From: Chrysomallon squamiferum
Lineage: Eukaryota; Animalia; Mollusca
Assembly: GCA_012295275.1 (NCBI GenBank)
Contig: CM022671.1
Location: forward strand, 3,596,001 to 3,660,000
Length of the DNA stretch: 64,000 nucleotides
Direction of reading: 5' to 3'
Both the position numbers and the translations under genes were made by a program. The notes below the pieces were generated by a model that was not told the origin of the DNA, did not search any database, and was given only the letters and a program-made list of their open reading frames with translations. The first letter of the stretch is position 1, and each line of letters starts with the position of its first letter. Positions 55,001 to 64,000 of the stretch are shown here, piece by piece.

Positions 55001-58000
55001 TGCATATCATGTTTGCTGCTCTACTGTAGAAACATTTTAATAAGTTTTCAGTATAAATAAAATATTTAAATGTCAATAAAGTTATCAATCTTACATGATT
55101 TTGAATAAATAAGAGTATAAAACCTTTTCCAGGTAATAGTAACATATTTAATAATTTCAGGGATTGCTGAACACAAAAGACGAGATGGAGACTAAGAGAA
55201 CATTGTTTGGTGGGCTGACACACAGCAGGACAATGTCACTGGACATGAGACTGGAACTTCCTGACCTTCCTGACCAACGAGACCACAGGTGACCTCAAAA
55301 TTTCAATTATAGAATCTTTTTCTTTCATGGCTTTTTTGAGAATACAGAGTACCAAAAAAAATGAGGAATAATAAGAGAAGAATGAATTCCTGTCATGTGA
55401 TAGTTTGTTTTACTGAGTTGAAAACAGAAAATAATGAAATAGAAATTTCTGTATGTTTATACAGACAGATAGACAGACAGACAGAGAGATAAACAGATAG
55501 ATATACATACCTTTTTCTTTAAATGAATAAAATAAATTATAAATACATTTTCCTATGATTTCAGACTTTTCTGATATGAAATAATGTGTTTTATTTAATA
55601 GTGTGTGGAAATTGTGAATGTACTTTGTAAAAAATAAATGGTGGTAACAAATAAAGTTATCCCCTGAATTTTATCCAGTTATTTAATTCATTTGCTTTAT
55701 TCTTGGTCATTATGAAATATTTCAATTAAAAGGTCCAGTGTGAAAAAATCTAAAATAAATTGTATTTTACTTTTACTTGATGAAAAACCTCAGTGTAATG
55801 TAATAATTCTGTAATTTTCTTTTTAATCCAGAGCTCCTGAAATCAGAATTCCTAAAAGTCATTCTGAGGTTTGTATTGTTTTTTTTAAATACATGATTCA
55901 AAATGGTTTTATATTTAAATTTCCTCCCTATTCACAAACATAATGATTAAATGAATGAATGAATATTCCACATATTCTGTTATACCAATGGATACATGCA
56001 CTGAATAGCTTAACTCTGAATTTTGTGAAGTTAGTCCATAATTTAGTAAAGTAAATTTACTCAAACTGACATAGCAATTTGTATCTGATTCTGACTCTCA
56101 AAAAACACACAAAATGTGTTTGTTTATTTAAACTGTCATGGTAAAATACACTTGACAGTATTTTATTTTGATGTATTAATAATAATTCTGATTTCAGCTT
56201 TCTGATGATGAAGGTTTTATATCTGACATTTCCTCCTCCATCACCACACTGGCAGAATCTCCAGATGAAGAGAACATTTGGGAACAAGCTCTCACATATG
56301 TTCCTAGCAAACACTACACTTGGGAGACTATAGGATGGTAAGTATTTGTTGTCATAGATCTCAATTAAAATGTTTACTTTCAGGAATATACAGTACTTAC
56401 TCTTACATTTGTAGAAATTAAGATTATTTGTTGGACAGAAAGGTATTAAATCCAACTTGAATGAATGGAAACTTGTTAATTTGTATTTTTACATCATTGA
56501 TGGCTGTTAAATATATGGCCATTTTCTCTTTTTTAATTTAAATTTTGTTTTCTTCAATTGAGATGAAAATAGCAGGAATTATTTTACAATACTGTTAATT
56601 ATATATTTTTAAATATACAGTTATTCATATTCTTTTTTTTTATAGTGAACCAGGTCAGACTGAAGGCTGGTATTTGACAGAAGCTGGCAGTGTTGCTGTT
56701 GACAAGTGGTATCACATGATGTTGACCAATGTCCAGTTGATGTGTCCAGATGTGCACATCCCTCTGTATGTGGAGGTTTCACAACAAACTCTGCTGGCTG
56801 ATCTGGTGTATTTGCTTATTGGCATCCCATCTAGCACGTTCTTATTTGATGAAGTAATTACAATGTTTTTATAAACTTGTTTTAAATAAATTAAGAACAT
56901 TATCATGTAGCTTACTATCTGAGAGAAGGCTTTTGCTTGTAAAAGATCCATTCTGCTAATTTCTAAAATAAGTATTATAGTACTTGTAGTAAAACCAGTC
57001 TTCCAGTTTTTTTTAATCTTTATATAATAAAATTTAATATTTAAAATACTAAAATATGTATTTTGTAGAGTTAAATTCATATTTAAAATGCTTACTTAAT
57101 TTTAAAAACATCTTGTTACACAGATACTAATTGATTAAAATTTCAAACTATTATTTGTAGACCAACCAGACATTCTCACAAAGACAAGGCATCTATTTTT
57201 CTGGTGTTACTCCTGATGCATTGCACAGTCTGTTGGAGGATTTTATTGAATGTGGGACAAACTACTACCGACTGACAGTGTTTTCCAAACCACCAGTTCT
57301 TGATTCCTTCTACAACTCAGGGCTCATCTTTCAGGCTTTTACTAGTGCTGTTCGCAAAGTGCTGCAGATCTATCGAGCAGTCATTTTGTCTGTTCCCAAA
57401 ACTACAACCATTCTGAAACTCAAACTGAATGCCAGCAGACTGTTCACACAAATCAGGTTAGTTAAATGTAAATGTCATATATTATAATCTGGGTGTTGGG
57501 AAAAAAAAATGTTCACTGGGGAATCAGTAGATCAGTATCAGTATGGTACCTGAGAAAAGTCTGTGGTTTGCAACATTCTGCATTATCTTTGCTAATGATT
57601 TATTTATATTGTGTTGGACCTATGTGAAAAAATATTTTAGTAAGTTAATAACAATTCTGTGTACCACATTATATCCAAGATAAACATAAATGTATGAAGG
57701 GAAAGATGTACCAAATTAGGACCTAATTTGTGTTTGGAAATTTTTATTTTTTCAGCCCATCACAGATACACTTGAAAGTATATAAAATGTAATTACTTTA
57801 CTTGTCTCCATAAAAACAGTTAATTTCAAATTTTCAGGTATTTGTCTAAACTGTGTCGCTGTGAATACAGAACAACAGAAACGGAAACATCTCCTCTTCC
57901 CATTGTGAGTTAAAATGTTACAATTATACTAGTCATTTATAGTTTAAATAAGTTTAGGCTTTATTATTAAAACATGGTCGTAAACCCAGCTGTCATAATA

Positions 58001-61000
58001 GATAGAAATCATTGATTGTTTGAAACATAGTTACAATATTAAATATTAAAATATTTGCTAAGTATTGTATTAATAATGCAGTACATCCCAGGATATTATT
58101 TTTAAGAATATAATTTTTTAGTAATGTTAAATAAGATAGCTCTAAATGAATAGAGCATTTTAGAAATTATTCTGTAGCTAAATTATAAATGAACATATAT
58201 AGTGTGAAACAAATTATAATAAAAATTACAATTTTAAATTTAGTTCCAAGTATTGGTCTTGTACATACTATATATGTTCAAAATGAACCTAATGACTGAA
58301 TAATAATTTTGAATTATGGCTTGTTCTTCATAATTTTGAAGTAATGTTGTAAATATTAGGTTGTTAAAATAAAATATTTCAGGGTATTGATCTGCTGTCA
58401 CTTCTGTACAAAGAGGCGTTGGAGGCCAACAGCACAGACTTCTATCCCATGATGCTCTCCATCTTACAGATCACTAGTGCTCCATTTACTATGTAAGTCT
58501 TAATGTAAATTTCTAATAACACAATCATACTATGAATATCATGTTTTTAACTTCTTAGTTTCTGTCCAGATTAAAATATTTTGAGTTGAACATTTTGGTT
58601 CATAACATCTCTTCTTTTCAAATTTTAACATTTTTAACTTATTTTTATTTTTAATTCAAAGTCAATGGAATGAGTGTTTCTGTGACTTGAAAAGTGCATT
58701 AAAAATGATCTCTTGTAGTAAAATGCTAAAAAACATCATAAAGAATGGTGGTAGGAACATTCTTTTACATGTCATTATTATATAGGAAAAAACATGCAAG
58801 ACATATATGAATTATCAGCATTAATGAGTTTTGAGATGGTGTTAAAATTTAATTTTTAAACTAATAACTATAAAGTATTTTACGGTGGTAATTATTATTA
58901 TTTTTAATTTTTTGACATTAAATTATTTAATTTTTAAATTGTAAATGGTCGGGGAATGTTATCATTCTGTAAATAAAGAATATTGATATATATATATATC
59001 TATATCTATAAATAATAGTTTGATAATAATATATATATATATTTTTTTTTTTCTAACAGATTTATTCAAGACTGGCTGTTTCATGGCAACTATCATGATG
59101 TGTATGGAGAATTCTCAATTCAGTATAATCAGGATTATTTAAAATGTCGTGGTGAGATTTTGTTTCACTATAAGAGATTCATCACACACAAAATATGTGG
59201 CTTTTTTTCTTTCTATAATTAGTGGTTAGATTGAAAAAAATGACATAAAATTTAGCATTGTTATGAAAATATCTTAGAAAATTATCAATCTCATATTATT
59301 TACCAAAAACACAAAACCAAAAAAATATTTCTTTACTAAGAGCTCTCTTTATTTTAATTTTTTTCCCCTTAGAAAAACATGAATTGATATTTTTTTCGTT
59401 TTAAATAGTTGTAGGTTGAAATTTCATAGTGAGAATCTTTAGAAAGGAAGAAGTGCAGAAATGTTTCTTACATATGTCAATCCCAAATAAAAATATTTGT
59501 AAAATATATCAGAATTTAAAAATTAGTAAGTGCATGAACTTAGGTTAATGAACTGAGAGTTATTTTTATTTTAGATAAGTTGTTTTGGACCAATGCTTAC
59601 ACACTGATATCAGGAAATGCTGAAGAGAGCATGCCTCTGTTTCTGAGTGACCTGGCTGATGACATCTACATTTGTGGTAAATCTATCAACTTGCTGAAGA
59701 TTTGTTGTCCGCAGGTAGGTCTCTTAATTAAGATATCACTTCTACAGTTATTTGAAAAATGTGTGTAAAATATGGATTTATATAGATGATTCACTACAGT
59801 TTTTTATAAAAAAGTGTGTAATCTTGACAGTGGTTGAATTTATATAGGTGACACACTCCAATTATTTGAAAAATTTATTTAATCTAGACAACTGGTCAAT
59901 TTATATCTATGATAATATATGATTCATTGAAGAATGTGTAATGTAGACAATGAGTGAATTTATATAGAATATATACTACTATAGTTATTTGAAAAATAGT
60001 GTAATCTAGACATTAGGATGAAATTATATAGATGACACATTACAGGTATTCTATAAAGTGGTGAATATATACTGATCTCTGTTGTGAGAATGTTTAAATA
60101 TGTCATACATTATTCTCACATTTATATATTCAAATATGTCCTTTTTTTTTGTTTATTTGATTTATTTTATTAAAGTACTTGGCTTCATTTTTAATGAACA
60201 TATTTACCATTGAAACATCAAATGAAATGTATATATGTTCCACTTATTAAATTTTCATATTTATTAATCTCTGTCTGTTGTCTGTTCAGCACTTCATCTG
60301 TCAGGTGGATGATGAGGATATTCCACATGTGAGAGTGACTTTCTCAGAAAGAGAACTTCAATCAGTAGAGACTATTTCTACCATGTATTACACTAAGATG
60401 AAACAAATGATTCAGCAGGTGACAATCTCAAGGTACGTTTGGTTTCCATGTTATTAATTAAATTTACATAATTATGTTAATTATTTTTGGATGTAAGATA
60501 CTGTTGTTAATCTATGTTAAAAATTATTCTGTTATTTCTTAACATCAATTTAAAACAGTTCTCCAACCCTTTTTATTACAATATCTATCTCACAAACTAT
60601 TGTCGTCACAGAATATTTTAATTTAGAATCTTGTAAGTACAGAATATGTTAATTTAAAATACCATTAGTTGTGTAAATTTAAAACATTATCATTAGTTAC
60701 AGGTTATGTTAATGAACATTTTTCTATAAGCCATCCATACATGGAAACAGTTCTGTTATATATCTCAACTGAGAACACTTCTGTACAACCACACTGAAAT
60801 GATATCTACATTACATCTAATGTTACATATTTTAAAATTAACTTTGATTACTCTGCTGGTTTAGACAAAAGATGGAAGAGATGGAGATTCAGGCTAAACG
60901 TGATCTCATAGAAAAGGCTCGACTGACAGATGCACTGGAAATTCAGCGACTACAAGGTAAATATGATATAAATCACTCTTTGTATCTGCACCTTCAGTAG

Positions 61001-63742
61001 ATACCTGTGTAAATATAATTTGTATTGCACATCTTCAAATATTATAACCCGTCTTCAAAATCAGTGTAATTTGTATTAACCTTTTGCTGTTAGTCATTTA
61101 TACTTACACCCTTCCTTATTTACCTGTCTACAAGGAAATCTAATTTATACATTTAACTGGTGTATGTTCCTTTAAATATGTGCACTTTCATCATTATAGT
61201 TTGATATCATTGATCTGTCAAAGAAAGCTAAATAATAAATTAAATAATAAATTACATTTGCCTCAAAAAGGTTAACATGTAATGTTATGGCATTTATTTG
61301 ATCTAATTATATCCATTTTTTTACTGTTAATTTTGGTTCTGTTTTTAGCTCAAATTGATAAAAGAAAAATCTTGGAAGATGTGAAGAAAAGACAAGAATT
61401 CCAGCGTTTAAAGAAACAAATGATAGTAGATCAACAGGTATTTTTTTTCCTACTAGAACACACATGGATACACTCACACATACAGATATTGTAACAAATC
61501 AGCATCTATGATTATTGTTGTAATTGGAGAACATTTTCTTATTACTACATTTGTATCTCTCTACAATGACATTTGAATGATTTATGTAAAGATGTTTTTT
61601 TTTTTTTTCCTAGAATTGTTATTAATTATATTGTCAATCAAAAACAATGCACACCATGCACATCATGCTGATATTTACAACTGTTGATATTATGTTGATT
61701 TCAGTGTTCATAAATTACTTTTAAAATATTTAATATGTTTCTAAAGATGTGTTTTATGATATTTTTAATGACTGAAAACAGAGAAAAGCTGACAAATATG
61801 AGGAAGAAAAAGCTGAAGATAAAGAATACATAGCCAGACTGAATCGAGAGGAATCAGCCATGGCAACAGAGCAGTTGGAATTGGAAAAACAAGCAAGGTT
61901 AGTCAGAATTCATTTTCATTAACCATACTTTTGATAATATTGAATTTTTAATTGACAATTGATAAGAGTCTAGTTCAGAAAATAATTGTGTGTTTTTGTT
62001 GCATTCTAAGACACGTGCACACTGTGATGTTTTATGTGTTTCAGAGAGGAACTGATTGCTTACTATGCTGGTTTGAGTGAGGAGGCTGCCAGACGAGAAC
62101 AGAAGGCTTTGTGGAAAGTTCGACGTGGACGTCTGGAACATGTCAGGACAGAATTTCTCTTGGCTGAGGAGGCCAAACTGAAGAGAGAAATGGTGGAAAC
62201 AACTGAAGCCAAGGTATTTCTTTTTCTTTAAGTTTAATTTTCTCACAACTCTCTTTAACATAACAACCAACAATGCACTGAAAAGTTTCAGTAAAACATC
62301 AAATGTGTTAATATTGTGACATGATAAAATACAGTGGCAGTGACAAAGTAAAACAGGTTTTTAACTATAAATTGAATGTTGTTTTTTATTTGAAATTTTT
62401 TAACTAATGTTTGTTCTTTATTTGACAAAATTGAATGTTGTTTTTTATTTGACAAAGTAAAACAGGTTTTTAACTATAAATTGAATGTTTTTTTTTTTGA
62501 CAAAGTAAAACAGGTTTTTAACTATAAATTGAATGTTGTTTTTATTTGACAAAGTAAAACAGGTTTTTAACTATAAATTGAATGTTGTTTTTTATTTGAC
62601 AAAGTAAAACAGGTTTTTAAATATAAACTGAATGTTGTTTTTTATTTGACAAAGCAGGTTTTTAAATATAAATTGAATGTTGTTTTTATTTGACAAAGTA
62701 AAACAGGTTTTAAATATTGACTCTGATTCAAGTCTCCCATCTTGGGCTAAGAATGTCTCTGAAGTTAAAACTGTTGAAGATGAAAAAACAACTCTGCCCA
62801 AGTGGGCTGATGTTGACACTGACATGGTGGCTGTTCATGTTACTGACAGAGATGATGATGATGGTGGTGGTAGTAGTAGTTCTGCTGCTGCTGCATTACC
62901 TCAATGGGCAGTCAAAGGATTAAAAAAATACGGATTGGATGGGTCAACAATTGATATTGGTGAAATCAGTTTGCAGATGTCAGAAACTGCACCAAAAAAA
63001 CATGTTTCTGATGAAACTGAACCATTGCCAGAAAAAAAACACATCCGTACATCTGAGGAAATGCATGCTACAAAGCAAACAGAAGCTGAAGAAGAAACAA
63101 GAAGACAAATTCAGGTATTTCCAGACAGACATGCAACAGCTGAGACTGTTTCCGATGAAACATATTTACCTGGCATCAAGTGTTTCACTGATGTCAGTGC
63201 AACCAAAGAAACTGAAAGTTCAGATGTAAAGCCACATCTGAAATTTAACCCAGACAGATGTGCTACAACTGAAACAATGCAGGGGAAAGACATTGATGTT
63301 CCAAAATTACATCGCCAAGCTGATGTCCATGTTGGCATTGAGAGCAGACAAGAAGATGTAAAGATAAAACAAGCTGGTCAGTTTGGACATGTGACTGACC
63401 AGTCAGATCAGGAGAAGCAGATGGTGCCAAGGTTAAAGAAGCATGCTTGGATTTACGCTAATCTTGAATCAAATCCAAAGGATTATGGAATTCGACCGAG
63501 AATTAGAATGAATAAGAAAATGTCAGCTACAACAGAGACAGAACCTGCTCGTGTTAAACCAGTACACAAGTCTAGTGCTGTGATGTATGCAACCAAGGAG
63601 TCAGAACATATAGATGAAAATGTAACAAAAGTGAAGAAGTTTAAGGAGAGGAATATTCATGGACATTCCACAGATTCATCAGTCCAGAAATTGTTGTATG
63701 GTGTAAAGTGTGCTAGTGGTGATAATTCAGATGAAAATGCAG
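52009..63742 (+). CDS. TUBGCP6: Gamma-tubulin complex component 6, 5' portion (21 coding exons, ~1186 codons; continues beyond window)
   Basis: Exons 52009-52199, 52574-52734, 53082-53215, 53506-53591, 54190-54256, 54694-54750, 55161-55288, 55832-55868, 56198-56337, 56646-56853, 57161-57456, 57838-57904, 58383-58492, 59060-59151, 59575-59714, 60290-60432, 60865-60956, 61349-61437, 61782-61897, 62045-62213, 62707-63742. First junction needs a GC donor. GCP6 signatures LKKKAYNTLF, ADRLEELL, TLFGGLTHSRT..RLELP, DEGF..IWEQALTY..WETIG, YLTEAG, GRIP1 FIQDWLFHG..DVYGEF, ICGKSINLLKICCPQH, REELIAYYAGLSEEAARREQKALWK, NIHGHSTDSSVQ. Confidence 0.92.
59730..60070. repeat. Degenerate ~60-bp intronic minisatellite (5-6 copies)
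   Basis: Repeated actacagttatttgaaaaa..gtgtaatctagaca..tgaatttatatagatga in TUBGCP6 intron 15. Confidence 0.65.
62341..62718 (+). repeat. ~50-bp minisatellite containing tandem copies of the TUBGCP6 exon-21 splice acceptor
   Basis: Unit tttgacaaagtaaaacag|gtttttaactataaattgaatgttgttttta; CAG|GTT at seven positions, the last (62706|62707) opening the coding exon. Confidence 0.9.
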
Positions 63743-63760
63743 GTTTGTTTTTTCAGCTGT

Positions 63761-63798
<38 letters not shown>

Positions 63799-64000
63799 TA
63801 ATCTATTTCTTGAAATGTATCTGTGAGAGGTTTGGGACACAGATTAATTGTTTAATGGGATGAAGATGAAAGGAATTTTTTAAACAGATTTTAGAATAAG
63901 CAGTTAAATAAATTTACACTTGGGTTTGTGTGTATATATATAAATGTAACTCCTTTGGGTCCTAAATAAATTTAGATATAATTTATTTGACATAAATATT

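Overview
AT-rich, microsatellite-rich eukaryotic genomic DNA from an invertebrate animal (a mollusc-like lophotrochozoan is my inference, not proven). Five spliced protein-coding genes were reconstructed by hand, with reading phase consistent across introns except at two sites noted under their genes: (1) a YIL108W/Metallopep-like zinc metallopeptidase (- strand, 3320-7561); (2) cytospin-A/SPECC1L (+, 10527-15028); (3) a secreted protein with a signal peptide, 23 single-exon thrombospondin type-1 (TSP1) modules (18 near-identical) and a C-terminal PAN/apple-like domain (+, 24404-39744); (4) NCKIPSD/SPIN90 (-, 44470-50851); (5) the 5' part of TUBGCP6 (+, 52009 to beyond the window). There is also an internally deleted Tigger/pogo element, a small inverted-repeat element and many mini/microsatellites. 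Most notable: (a) a 1.5-kb array just downstream of the cytospin-A stop made of alternating A/B palindromic hairpins with a compensatory stem change and mutually complementary loops; (b) a TSP1 exon array with homogenised exons, divergent introns and visible exon birth/death scars; (c) three minisatellites seeded exactly on exon boundaries (a donor, a stop codon, an acceptor). All coordinates were read by eye and functional interpretations are hypotheses.
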